Of a DNA stretch of 64,000 nucleotides, positions 14,346-27,289 are shown piece by piece; position 1 is the stretch's first letter; the number at the start of each line of letters is the position of its first letter. The translations under genes and the position numbers were made by a program. Origin of the DNA: Octopus vulgaris (taxonomy: Eukaryota); assembly GCA_951406725.2 (NCBI GenBank), contig OX597821.1:2480001-2544000 (forward strand). The letters run 5' to 3'. The notes below the pieces were generated by a model. The model ran no database searches. It saw nothing but the letters and a program-made list of their open reading frames with translations, and had not been told where the DNA came from.

Positions 14346-15432
14346 AATGAGAGCGGTGGTATCAGTCTCCGTTATATATATGAAATGGCGGTTGAACAAA
14401 TTAAAGCAATATCAAAAGATCAGACAAAACAAAGGCAATAATTCAAAATGTCAAATAATACCTGCTCTGAATTCAGAGAAAGTTCGTTGGTAGTGATCTA
14501 AAGTTGAACTTACCAGCCTAGAAACATTTTGAGACAGTTAACTCATTTTTTCTACTTGGTTCGTGTCACAACCAGACAAGGTGTTTGTAAATTGAGTCTT
14601 TGTAATAATCTGGCAACTGCTAATGTATTTTAATTTTACAGTAACGTGAAGAGAATCTATAAATTCGTGTCTAGATTTCTCTAATAAGACTATCACAATT
14701 CTTGGCACATTTCACGAAAAATTTGGCAGGCTGAATGATGGAACATTTTATTAATATAATATTTCAAATCATCTCTTTTAATAATCAAATAAGTTTCGCG
14801 AAAGACACCAACTTTATTCTGTCTAGGCTGTTACAACATAGCTGCTGTTTGGCATATAATGGCTTTTAAATACTTTGGATTTATATGTTAATTCGCTTTG
14901 TATTTGCTACATCTCAATAAACAATGCATGCCATTTAACACATTCAATTAGGTATACGCTACTACACTAATCTGTAAATGGATAAATGATTAGATCACTT
15001 CAATGCCGATGCTCTCAGTTTTCAAACTGTGTTGCACTTGAGATCAAATATGAAAATTTTGGCGCATTTCAATCGGAAATTTGAAAAGAGGGCTACGTTT
15101 AATACTAACAATTAAGGGGGGAGAAGTATATTCATTTAATTGTCATACTTGTCTCTGACGAATTTCCGAACGAATTTCACAATCACGCAAACATTAGTAG
15201 AGTTATACGAACGTCTTGAGTTGCTTTTTCAAAAACAAATGGTGCACATATACACATACGCAAACACACACACAAACACACATACACAAACACATTGATA
15301 TATACGCATATATATATATATATATAGATAGATATATATATATAGATAGATAGATAGATAGATAGATATACATAGATATGTGTCAGGGTGATTCTCCATC
15401 TTGGCTGCAGTTAAATGACTGAAACAAGTAAA

Positions 15433-15468
<36 letters not shown>

Positions 15469-15516
15469 TAATAAAAAGGGTTTTTTGCAACAAGTTACTT
15501 AAACCACATACCTTTG

Positions 15517-15579
<63 letters not shown>

Positions 15580-15660
15580 TTATATATTCCTGGATACATG
15601 TACTATAGTGTCCATGTATGTGTGCTTCATTTTAATATTTGTATGTGGTTGTGCCTTAAA

Positions 15661-15695
<35 letters not shown>

Positions 15696-16080
15696 GGCCG
15701 TGGGTAGCGATTTTCTTCATTACTTCAGGAAGTGACGAGCCTGACTGTCACGAGCCCCGGGCTCAGCTGGCTTTGCCTGAAAGTATCCGATATGGGCCCC
15801 TATCCAGGATTATGGAAATGCGACAACCTTCAAACAAGTCTGAAGTGTGCCCCGTAGGCGGGTTAGTGTTCGACTCGACACCCTTCCGCAGCTCCTGCAA
15901 TCAAGCTGGTGCCAAACGTAATGCTCTGCACTCATTAGGGCCACGCCAGCAATGTCGAGAGAGGAATCCAGGCCTGCGCAAAACTGGAGAGGACATAACA
16001 TATAAAAACCAGACTGGATTAGTTTATGCGCAACTCCATTGTCTCCCGAGACAAAAGGATGCCAACAACAACAACAACAA
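15696..16080 (+). mobile_element. GC-richer short retroposon with (CAA)n tail, possibly RTE-related non-autonomous element
   Basis: Sharp compositional island starting directly after (TA)n and ending GATGCCAACAACAACAAC; no long coding frame; family assignment is inference. Confidence 0.4.
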
Positions 16081-16160
16081 TATAAATAGACATATACACA
16101 TAAACGCAAACGCACACCCAAACACACACAAACACACAGATATTTATACACACACACGCG

Positions 16161-16212
<52 letters not shown>

Positions 16213-16219
16213 CATACAT

Positions 16220-16425
16220 ATGTTTGTGTGTGTGTGTGTTTGACCACGCAACATCTCTTGACAATCGATGCTGGTGTGCTAACGTCCTCATAAATTAGGG
16301 GATCGGCAAAAAGAGATTGATAGAATAACAACTAGGCTTAAAAAAAGAATAATTCCTGGGGTCGATTTACTCGACTAAAGGCGATGCTCCAGCATAGCCG
16401 CAGACGAATAACTGAAACAAGAAAA
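16220..16425 (+). mobile_element. family-A SINE 3' half
   Basis: CAATCGATGCTGGTGTG...CTGGGGTCGATTTACTCGACTAAAGGCGATGCTCCAGCAT...ACTGAAACAAG. Confidence 0.75.
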
Positions 16426-17132
16426 CAAATTGTTTATTTTATTTTGTTAACGTATGAAAAGTTAAGTTTCCAGGAGTTTACTGCATAGATTAAGGAACAA
16501 TTTACTAGCTGCACACTTGGCATATCTGTTCAATTTCGAAAATAAAAAAATAATTATATTAAATTGCACCGAGTACCTACGATTGTTCTTTGTCGTGGTT
16601 GTATAGCGTGTTATTTTATGTATTTATGCAGCAGCTTTGCGTTTTCGTTCCAAGAGAGAAAGCTCGCGCTCTATGATTTTTGTTCCTGCGTTTTTAGATG
16701 TGTTTATATGGTCTGGGTAATTCGAAATCTATGTCAATCATCTTGGCTGTTGAAGGTCGCAGTTAATGCTGCACGAGGTTAACTTTTGCCGGAAATAGCC
16801 ATTACCAAGGTATATACTACGTTATATGTACTAAAACGAACATATACGTACATACATATATACTCATATATATATTTATTTTGCTCGTGCGCGCCTATGC
16901 GTTGTATAGAATTTAAACCTGTCTTCTCAGGTGCATTTAGCGAAATATGCACTCTTGTCTGAGTGGATTGACTGGGATGTTATTATGTGTAGGTATATAG
17001 ATACATATAAGCACGCACGGGCGCATACACACACACACACACACACATATATATGTGTGTGTGTTTACACACGTAGAAGCATCAATAAATACGTGAATAA
17101 ATGCATATATGTATACATATGTACATGCATAT

Positions 17133-17203
<71 letters not shown>

Positions 17204-17226
17204 CATACACATTCATGCATACGCAA

Positions 17227-17303
<77 letters not shown>

Positions 17304-17772
17304 CGTCTTACGCGCAAACAAAATTGATGCATATCACATATTCCAATGTCTGCGTAGGGTTCCAACCTCACAAAAGACACATCCTACAGAATAATTTTCA
17401 CAAACATACAAATGCTCTCTCCGAAACATACACAACACACATTAAAGTAAAGATAGCTATCAACATAATCACGAACTCACAGACACATATAAATACATAG
17501 AGACACACAGAGACGTCAGAAAGAGGAGAAAATATCAAAAAAAAAAAAAGAAAAAAAGATATAGAAATACATGAATCAATAAGGAAGTATGCAATGTCTC
17601 TAAAATGTCCAATCTACTCAGAAGAAAAAGTTCTAAAACTACAGTTTGGAGAAACGCATTGGAGAGAGATATATCATTATTGACACTTTGGAGACTAGGG
17701 TAGTGCTGCAACATGACAAGCTTCGGGATGAGAAAATTATATATGTATATATATATACATATATATATATAC

Positions 17773-17818
<46 letters not shown>

Positions 17819-17991
17819 GAATAATTGTATATTTGTGTAAGTATATTTTATATATATAATTGTCACAATTGATGTATGTAAATATATATATATAAATATA
17901 TATATAGATATATTGACAGATAGATATGTACATGCATAAATACTCACACATATATATATGTATATATACATACATATATATATATTCATAG

Positions 17992-18034
<43 letters not shown>

Positions 18035-18085
18035 CATACCCAAAGACACACTGCGTTCTGCAGCTAAGCATTTAGGCGCACGCGC

Positions 18086-18116
<31 letters not shown>

Positions 18117-18144
18117 CGTATGTATGTATGAATGTATGTATGTA

Positions 18145-18562
18145 TGTCATTATTCAGTTTATTTCAAGATTTTTTGCCAATAGCAAAAATCGGTTTCTAA
18201 CCTATATTCAAGGCTCTTTCATTGGAATTTCAACATTAACAACAGCTTATTTTCGTATGTATGAATGTATATATGCATGTGTGTATATGCAGATGTCTAT
18301 GTTTTATGTATGTAGTCTCCTTCATATATATACTTAATTCTTATATACTCATATATACTTCATTCTTAAACTTCATGGAAGTTTTACAGATTTTTACGCT
18401 TCCTGTGACGGATTGTATCAGTAGTCTTCTATTTAGCTTCCTTCTTTCTGGTTTTGAGAAGCCCTGTTTCTCAAGATTGGTATTTAGAGAATGTGTTACA
18501 GATCCCAAGACCCCAATAATTGCAGGTATATACTTGAACTTGTAATCTGGATAGAGTAACTG
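18145..18562 (-). mobile_element. 3' end of an RLE-type (restriction-like endonuclease) non-LTR retrotransposon in a (CATA)n tract
   Basis: Minus strand reads QLLYPDYKFKYIPAIIGVLGSVTHSLNTNLEKQGFS...IQSVTGSVKICK, an RLE C-terminal pattern (IPxIIGxLG); (TATG)n on both sides. Confidence 0.65.
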
Positions 18563-18991
18563 TATGTATATACGTATGCATGTATGTATGTATTACGTAT
18601 GTATGCACGTATGTATGTATGTGTATGTAGTTATGTATTTATATATGCATGCATGTGTATGTGAGTATGTGTATACATGTATACGGCCAAGTAGATATAT
18701 AATTGATAAAGAAATGCACACGTCAGTCGTTTAGGTACGTTAACATTTCACACCTACAACATACACACACACACATCATTAAATATTAATCTACGCATCC
18801 TTAAATGTCAAGTTAATATATATTTGCCGTATTATTTCAGTCATTATATACATTATATACAGTGAATATACAAATATAATTCTAATTATCTAAATTTTAA
18901 CTAACTATCTTTATTATTATCTAAATTTTATTAATACAGCATCGTTTCTTAGAAACTAACAGCTGAAGTTAGAAGTTAGTGTAATCTTTAG

Positions 18992-19355
18992 TGTGGAGGC
19001 GCAATGGCCCAGTGGTTAGGGCAGCGGACTCGAGGTTGTAGGATCGCGGTTTCGATTCCCAGACCGAGCGTTGTGAGAGTTTATTGAGCGAAAACACCTA
19101 GAGCTCTACGAGGCTCCGGCAGTAGGTGGTGATACACCTTGCTATACTCTTTCGCCATAAGTTTCTGCTGTCCCTGTATTTCAAGGGGTCAACCTTATCA
19201 CAATCTGTGTCATGCTGAATCTCCCCGAGAGCTACGTTAAGCGTACACGTGTCTCTGGAGTACTCAGTCACTTGCACGTTAATTTCACGAGCAGGCTGTT
19301 CCGTTGATTGAAACAACTGGAAACCTCATCGTCGTAACCGACGGAGTGCCAACAA
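18992..19355 (+). mobile_element. tRNA-derived SINE (family B)
   Basis: Head GGAGGCGCAATGGCCCAGTGGTTAGGGCAGCGGACTCG...GGTTTCGATTCCC with box A and box B; homologues at 39282-39483 and 48232-48543. Confidence 0.85.
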
Positions 19356-19555
19356 TCGTTAGTTCAGCAAAGATATCCCTGAATGTAAAGCACATCGTAG
19401 GATGTAGTCGGTAAGTATATTGGTGTTCATTATTCATTAAACGGAAGACGGTAATTGTTTATCCCTAACTCTGTCCACAAAGAGTCATAGGAGTGTATTT
19501 TCTTTTATCTTTTACTGGTTTCAGCCTAGAGCTGAGGTCATGTTGGTGTACCACC

Positions 19556-19790
19556 TGTAGTTACTCGGTGTTCTTTGTGGTATTGTCTTTGGTGAAGTAG
19601 CGAGTTGGACGGAGCTGCTCTACTTTGTGTCTCCTGCCGCGATGTGGGTTCATCTGATATCTCACAGAGAAACCTGTCCAGACGTTCCTTGAAAACTGCC
19701 AAATCAACACCATGTAGATTTCTAAGGCTGCCTGGGGGGATGTTGAACAATTGCGACCCCTTGAATCCTAGACGGTTGCAGTAATGTGCC
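19556..19790 (-). mobile_element. CR1/L2-group LINE ORF2 C-terminal fragment
   Basis: GFKGSQLFNIPPGSLRNLHGVDLAVFKERLDRFLCEISDEP...NSLL parallels GPALFN...[16 protein letters not shown]...NSLL of the LINE at 25448. Confidence 0.75.
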
Positions 19791-20429
19791 TTTTTTTCTT
19801 TTACTGAAGGTATTAAACATAATATTATAAATTACAGTGCAACATTCTATTACCGCTACTTTTAGCGGGAATATAATTGGTTTCACCGTAGAACGTGTCT
19901 TTTGGTCCAGTTGCCAGGTTCTTAGTAAAAATAATTATATATTTACTTCTACAATATGTCCTAAATAAGTTGGTGCTAAGAATTAAAGCATGTACAGACA
20001 GTCTCTTCGATATTCTTAGCGAGAAACTGAACCAAATATTTGATACATCCGATGGCAAATAAGGAAGTAACATATTCACATATACGGAGACGCGTAAATA
20101 TCTCATTCACAAACATACACGCACGAACACGCATACACCTATGCGCGCGCCAACACAGTGACTCATACACATATACGTAGCTAAATTTTTAAAAACCGTA
20201 CGTTTATTTAGCAAGTATGTGTAATGCTATATGTAGGAGACAGACACACATACCTTTCGACTATATACATACATACATATATACACACATACATTTATAT
20301 ATATATATATAATACGAGAAAAACGTCCCCACGTCCAATGGACGGTACTGAGTTGTCCCATATACCTTCCCTTTGAGAAACACTGATTTAACCTGAATTT
20401 GAGGCACAAGCAAAAGAAGAAATAAAGAT

Positions 20430-20641
20430 AGACTTTTTTCTATTCAACAGAAAAATGCACGTTCCCACGGCTTTATCGATCGCATTCTCACCTGGAATCG
20501 ATTTTTATAATTTTTTTCAAGACTGATACACGCCTTGATACCGTCGGTATATACATATCAAATTTGAGTGCAGTCGGATGGCGGATGCCCGAGATCCAAA
20601 AGACACATACACAGACAGACAGAACAGATTTTATTTAAGAG

Positions 20642-20645
<4 letters not shown>
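20430..20645 (-). mobile_element. possible DINE-1/HINE-like (Helentron-associated) fragment
   Basis: Minus strand starts ATCTCTTAAATAAAA-TCTGTTCTGTCTGTCTG...CCGACTGCACTCAAATTTG, resembling that group's end plus CTGT repeats; based on pattern recall only. Confidence 0.4.
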
Positions 20646-20703
<58 letters not shown>

Positions 20704-20722
20704 TTATAAATAAGTTCGCTAT

Positions 20723-20782
20723 TTCTATATTGAATCAATTTCGGAATTAATCTCATAATATATTCTTTCCTCTTCAGTAGAA
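20723..20782 (-). ncRNA. type I hammerhead ribozyme with canonical core (H3)
   Basis: Reverse complement reads uucua-CUGAAGA-GGAA(20 nt)UUCC-GAAA-UUGAUUCAA-UA/uagaa; 5-bp stem I, G10.1-C11.1 stem II, near-palindromic stem III, AUA triplet. Confidence 0.8.
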
Positions 20783-21100
20783 CATACGAAAGGATATGAA
20801 TAAGATACTTACATGCGCCCATGGAAAAAAGCCGAAGCAAAAATCACGTGTACATAAAAGTACCCCAGATATATCTAAAAATAAAATTCTTTGGGCAGCC
20901 TCAGCACAACGTGTTGACTGTTCTCCACTACAGGTTATAGTGGTTACCAGTCCTTATAGCGAGCAGTAATAAGTCTACTACAAATATAGGATGAAGTTTT
21001 TTTACAGAAAAACAATTTTATCAAAAAATGTGGCATTGCATTAAAATACCATTAAGGTTAAAATTATAAACAACTTATCTTATTTATATCCTTTCGTATT

Positions 21101-21160
21101 TTCTACTGAATAGCAAAAAATCTATTATGAGATTAATTCCGAAATTGATTCAATATAGAA
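21101..21160 (+). ncRNA. degenerate hammerhead motif (H3, G8U)
   Basis: uucua-CUGAAUA-gcaa...uucc-GAAA-UUGAUUCAA-UA-uagaa. Confidence 0.55.
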
Positions 21161-21416
21161 TTAACGAACATTTAAAAAAAATTCTATCGGCCGGCTTTCC
21201 CCGATTTCAGCTCTTCGTGTTTTTTTTTCTGTAGCGAGTAAATAATATGTGGAAATTGACGATTTAAAACTCTGTTATCAGCATATTGGCATTGATGTAA
21301 TTTTCTTTAGCCCTTATTTATAAGTTGTTTATAATTTTAACATTAAAGGTATTTTAATATGCTGCCACACTTTTTGATGGAATTTTTTTTGTAAAAAACA
21401 TCATCCTATATTAGTA

Positions 21417-21454
<38 letters not shown>

Positions 21455-21462
21455 ATATACAT

Positions 21463-21526
<64 letters not shown>

Positions 21527-21530
<4 letters not shown>

Positions 21531-21811
21531 TTTTAGATGTTTTAAGTCATTTTGACTGTGGCCATCCTGGAGCTTTAAAGGTTTTTTAGTCGAAGACATC
21601 GACCCCAGGAATATTCTTTGTAAGACCAATAGTTATTCTATCGTTTTTTTTGCCGAACAACTCAGTTGCGGTGACGTAAGAACCAACATATATACATGGA
21701 CCTCTTTCATTTTCCGTCTACCAAATCCACTCTCAAGGCATTGGTCAGCAACGCAGTGAGATTGAACCCAGAACCACATGGTTGAGAAGCAATCTTCTTG
21801 CCGCACAGCCA
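21527..21811 (-). mobile_element. decayed family-A SINE
   Basis: GTCATTTTGACTGTGGCCATCCTGGAGC, TCCGTCTACCAAATCCACTC and GAACCCAGAACCACATGGTTG blocks. Confidence 0.75.
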
Positions 21812-22224
21812 TATATAGGACCTATGCAGATTAAAAAAAAACAATGTATCTATTTATCAATCCATCTCCCCTCCTCTCTCTCTCTCTATCTCCCTCTCTC
21901 TGTCTCCCTATATGTAGAGAGAGAGATGCAGCACATAATTTCGTCAGTGAACAGGTCGTAGTCCCAAAGCGACGAAAATATTTTGACAAATTAAATTTGA
22001 TGGTTGAAGTGAATCTAACGGTTTTTGTGTGTTCTTAAATGGCTTATAAACACTTTCCACGCTGCAATGGCTTATAAACATTGTTTTCGTTCCAGCACAC
22101 GATCTCAGATAAGGTCACTTGCTATGCAAGTACATCTCTGTAATACATGTGTATCTGACATGACCTCCTTCAAATGTCGACGGCATTTTCTGTTGCTCCT
22201 TCGCCGTTCTCAAAAATAAGCCGT

Positions 22225-22657
22225 TCGGCTTAACAGCCCTTCTTGTCTCGTTATTCTCCTTGTCCTGTCTTTTACTGTTTATATTTTGTACTGTCGTTAC
22301 TGTCCTGGTTTGTTACAATTTTTACCCCTCCGCAAAAATATATCAAATTTTATTTAATTTGCTTTTCGCGGGAAGGAAAATTTTAATCGAAGATGCGTCT
22401 CGCCTTCACCTTCGAAACGCAGAGTAGATGAAACTATGGCGACTGAAGAAGGGGAATTTTCCTTGTGTTATTTGTCCTGTACTCTATTCGTTGTTTAAGA
22501 AAAATGTCCAGTTTCTTGGTTTTGTGTTTTTGTTTTCGTTTCTCATTGTGTTCGACGTTATTTTGGTGTCCTGTACCCATATATGCATGTATATATACAT
22601 GTAGAGGTAGGTACGTACATATATGTATGTATATATGCATATCTTTTATTTTATTTA
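22225..22657 (+). repeat. dispersed repeat, probable Penelope-like terminal repeat
   Basis: Homologous to inverted 61090-61575 and in part to 28660-28915; abuts a GIY-YIG remnant. Confidence 0.65.
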
Positions 22658-23012
22658 ACATGCCCCCACCTTCTGTAGGGTTCAGAATTCCAATTCAAAC
22701 AAGGAGAAATATTTAAGATCAAATCAAATCTCACCTGCGCCTCAGCAAATGTAGTCTATGTCATGACTTGCAGAGGATGTGGTAAACTCTATATTGGACA
22801 AACAGGAATTTCGCTCCGTCAAATAATAACCATTCACAAAGAGCATATCCGTCACCTACAATACAGACATTTAGGTGAGTGAACACATAGAAAGATGTGC
22901 GGGGAATCTTAATCCCAATTTCCAAATATTTCCCAAATATAACACCACAATGCAACAAAGGTTGAATAAAGAGGTATTTTTCATCAACAAATTTCTCCCC
23001 CAACTAAATATG
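22658..23012 (+). pseudogene. Penelope-like element GIY-YIG endonuclease remnant
   Basis: TCPHLL*GSEFQFKQGEIFKIKSNLTCASANVVYVMTCRGCGKLYIGQTGISLRQIITIHKEH, then frameshifted VSEHIERC...FFINKFLPQLN. Confidence 0.85.
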
Positions 23013-23871
23013 AACACACAACTCAATACAGAACACCACTAACTCTTCAAGTTAAACCACTAAACGCTATACACTACCTACATCACTCACATCTCTAATT
23101 CCAGAACTACTTACTTCCCTTACAAATAATACAGAACTACTTACCTTCCTTACAAATAACATTTTTTCTCAGGAACTATTAGACCTGACACTGTATATTA
23201 ACTGGTGTTGTTCAAACGATGAATAGCCTTCGCGTAAACCAATTGGTTCGTTTTGTTCTCTTAATTTATTATTATTATCATCTTATATTCATCTCATAAT
23301 AATGACCTTTTTGACTCGTATTACTACTTCAGTCAATCTAAATGTATATATTTGTCACCACCTGTCATTAATAGCATTTTCTATCAGCAATATGCATTTT
23401 CGTTGATTTTTCATATTTTACTTACGCGTATTTTAAATTTTATATTTTCTTTTCGTAACATATTTCTACTATATATATATAAATATATATATATATATCT
23501 TCGTGTCACATACATATGTACATGTGAAACGTGGACGCATTCCTATATTACTCTAATTCAAGTGCGTACGTACTTACGAAGCACATAAACACACTTTTAC
23601 GAAGGCTAAAGTATGAGTAATACAAACTTATAAACTGCGTATTTAAATATATCTATTTTAGAATCATATACTCATAAATGTACAAAACGCACTCACACGT
23701 GCAGACACTTACACACACATATACATGCACACAATCATACATACTAACATTTATCTAAATATCTATCTATCTATCTATCTTTACGATCCCTTTTTTTCTC
23801 CCCCAAAAGAAAAGCTCTATTTTGTAATTTATCCTCTTTGTGTTCAGCCCTGTGTGGCTAATAAAGAAACA

Positions 23872-24285
<414 letters not shown>

Positions 24286-25042
24286 TATACTTTACACAAC
24301 CCTACTTTCACAAAATGGCAAACAGAAAACAAAAATCCAACGTATTTACAAAATGGTTATCAGACAAACAAGTACATGCAGGCACTCACCACACGCAGAA
24401 ACACACACACACACACATACACACACAAACGTGTACACCCACAAACACACACACACATACACACAGATAAACCGGCAAAAGCAAACAAACGATAGATACG
24501 AAGCACGTACAGTCACACGCAAGAAGTCACGTGACACATCAAGAGGCGGAGAATGGCACGCGCTTGGCAGGCAGTCAGTCAGTCACTGCAGATACTTATG
24601 AAAAAGTAGGGAAAATATATAAAACAAAACAAAGTATAAACAAAAAACAAAAAACTCCATTACAATTTTATTTATTTTATTTATTTATATATGCTTTACT
24701 CCATTTAGTCACTATCTGTCTCCTTCCGTTCATGGAGCGGTGTAGCGGTGTAAGAAGCAGAAAAACAACTAAGCCCCCCATCACCACCACCACCACCATT
24801 AGAGTTCCCTCCGCCACCTGCACTATTACCAGCAGCGTTACAGCGATCAACAGCACCCACACCGTCATCATCATAAACACTGGGTTGGTATAAGACCTAA
24901 ATAGGCGCAATGACACACTTCCGACGGCAAGTTCGAGGCGTTTCCTGCTTTGCTTCCTTCTTTCCTTTCGCCCTGTCTTCCAATGCGATCTCGTAGCTTT
25001 TTTTCCAGATAGATTTTTCACATTAATGCTTGCATTGCCTTG

Positions 25043-25090
<48 letters not shown>

Positions 25091-25231
25091 CACACATACA
25101 TACACACACACACACACACACAGCGGTCCAGATACATGCACTTACGTGCTATTATATATATATTCGATTTGTCCGATAAAGGCGGTGCTCCAGCATGGTC
25201 GTAGTCAAATGACTAAAACAAGTAAAAGAAT

Positions 25232-25325
25232 AAAAGAATTCGAGCTTTGTACGAGTCAAATCAAGGCGTAATTACTGGCAAAGGTAGCCGTACCTCGTAT
25301 TAAAGTAAATTTTGTCGAACCCTTG
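25232..25325 (+). repeat. 94-bp inverted duplicate of the Tc1 end at 27288-27381
   Basis: About 6 mismatches by eye against the reverse complement of 27288-27381. Confidence 0.9.
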
Positions 25326-25327
25326 TA

Positions 25328-25404
<77 letters not shown>

Positions 25405-25447
25405 GTATGTATATATATATATATATATATACGTATGTATATATATA

Positions 25448-27111
25448 TCAGCAATCCTGATATGACTGATCTGGGCTGTATCAGTGATGTTACTCCCCAA
25501 TACACTTTATCGGATATAACCTTTGGCGCTCATGATGTCTTAGCAGCAATAAAGGAAATGAAGCATAATTCAGCAGTAGGTCCCGATAGGATCCCTGCTT
25601 GTGTCTTGAGGATGTGTCAAAACCAACTTGCACCCCTTCTAGCCAATCTATGGCGGAACTCACTGGATGCTGGATATATATCAGAAGACCTTCTATCCCA
25701 GTCTGTTGTCCCAGTTTTCAAAAAAGGAAACAAATCGCTTGCCGTGAATTACCGTCCAATCTCACTCACCTCTCATATCATTAAGGTATTTGAGAGGGTG
25801 CTGAGATCGCGTATAACTCACTTCCTTGAGAGTCATAATATGCTGAACTCCAACCAGCATGGGTTCCGTAATGGAAGAGATTGCCTGACGCAGCTACTGC
25901 ATCATTTTGATGACATTTTGAGATCCTTGGGTGATGGTTCCAACACTGAATTCATCTACCTTGATTTCAGCAAGGCCTTTGACAGGGTTGATCATAAGAT
26001 CCTTTTGAAAAAGCTGTCCAATATTGGTGTCACTGGAAAGCTGCTGCAGTGGATCAAGTGCTTCCTGTCTAACAGAACCCAACATGTTGTAGTCGAAGGA
26101 GTCAAATCCAGCCCAGCCAAAGTCAGCAGTGGTGTCCCACAAGGCACTGTGTTGGGCTCACTTCTCTTCATCATCTACATAAATGATATTACTGACACCA
26201 TCAAACACAGTAACATCAGAACCTTCGCTGATGACTCCAAGCTCCAGAAGGTCATCAATGGGGTGGATGACCGAATAAGCCTTCAGTCAGACCTACTGGC
26301 TGTTGTCCAATGGGCGGAAAAGAACAACATGCTGCTAAACGAAGACAAATTCGAACTGATCCACTTTGGAAGGGAGGACGCTCTGAAATTCCCATACTCC
26401 CTTCCATCTGGAGAAATTCTCATGGCGTCCAACAACATCAGAGACTTGGGAGTAACAGTGGACAACAACATAAGCTGGGCTACACACATAAGCAGCAAAG
26501 TTGACATGGCCCGCAGAATGTGTTCCTGGATTCTCAGAACCTTCCAGTCGAGAGATTCCCATACTATTATCCTTCTGTTCTCCACTTTTGCCCGACCCCA
26601 CCTTGAATACTGCTGTCCACTGTGGTCTCCCTACACAAAACAAAATATTATGAGAATTGAAGCTCCCCAAAGGTCAATCACAAAAAAGATAGATGGCATG
26701 TCAGGCCTTGACTACTGGGGTAGACTAGAGACGCTGAAACTGTATTCACTCCAACGACGCCGTGAACGTTACATTATCTGTATGATGTGGAAAATATTCC
26801 ATCAGCACTATCCGAATGATGTTGGCATCACCTTCAAAATACATCCAACGCTTGGACCACGTGCCATCCGTCCACAACAAAAATCTAAATCGCATCTCAT
26901 AACAAAAATACGGCACAACTATTTCACCTCCATTGGACCCGCTCTCTTCAACATTACACAAGGACACGTCAAAACAGAAACTGACCACACAAAATTCAAG
27001 AAGTCTTTGGACAAATTCCTTCAAACAGTCCCGGACAAACCACCCACACCCGGATATGTCTCCGCAAACAATAACTCTCTGCTCGAATGGTCCTCGGTGC
27101 CCAAATCCTGA
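25448..27111 (+). CDS. reverse transcriptase (5'-truncated LINE ORF2, CR1/L2 group)
   Basis: Open for ~550 codons: [54 protein letters not shown]; no endonuclease domain; the listed ORF's N-terminus is (TA)n read-through. Confidence 0.95.
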
Positions 27112-27202
27112 ATTGAAAGACTTCACCAGGTGGTGCTATTAAGTTAGACATGGCCTGGGCCAATACTGGCCAAAACCTTTCTAAGTTATCTAAGTCTAAG
27201 TT
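25448..27202 (+). mobile_element. young 5'-truncated LINE inserted in (TA)n
   Basis: RT frame, ~90-bp 3' UTR and short CTAAGT-repeat tail; (TA)n on both flanks. Confidence 0.9.
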
Positions 27203-27213
27203 ATATATATATA

Positions 27214-27287
<74 letters not shown>

Positions 27288-27289
<2 letters not shown>

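Larger units (their letters stand above)
20709..21419. repeat. interleaved inverted repeats A-B-A'-B' between (TA)n tracts (family H3)
   Basis: A 20709-20810 pairs with A' 21073-21172; B 20977-21078 pairs with B' 21320-21419. Confidence 0.85.

Noticed and set aside
15696-15790. HDV-like ribozyme at the start of the (CAA)n-tailed element
   Set aside because: A P1-like pairing GGCCGUG/CACGAGCC exists, but I could not place P1.1, P3/L3 or the catalytic C
18995-19070. tRNA gene (also 29415-29480 and the family-A heads)
   Set aside because: Box A and B are present, but the sequence continues into repeated SINE bodies and lacks a proper acceptor stem
22405-22456. CCTTCGAAACG...CTGAAGAAGGGG as a permuted hammerhead (also inverted at 61290-61340)
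   Set aside because: No stem I can be formed between the putative cut site and CUGAAGA
25312-25447. N-terminal extension of the RT ORF
   Set aside because: Read-through of (TA)n from a non-ATG start inside the Tc1 inverted repeat
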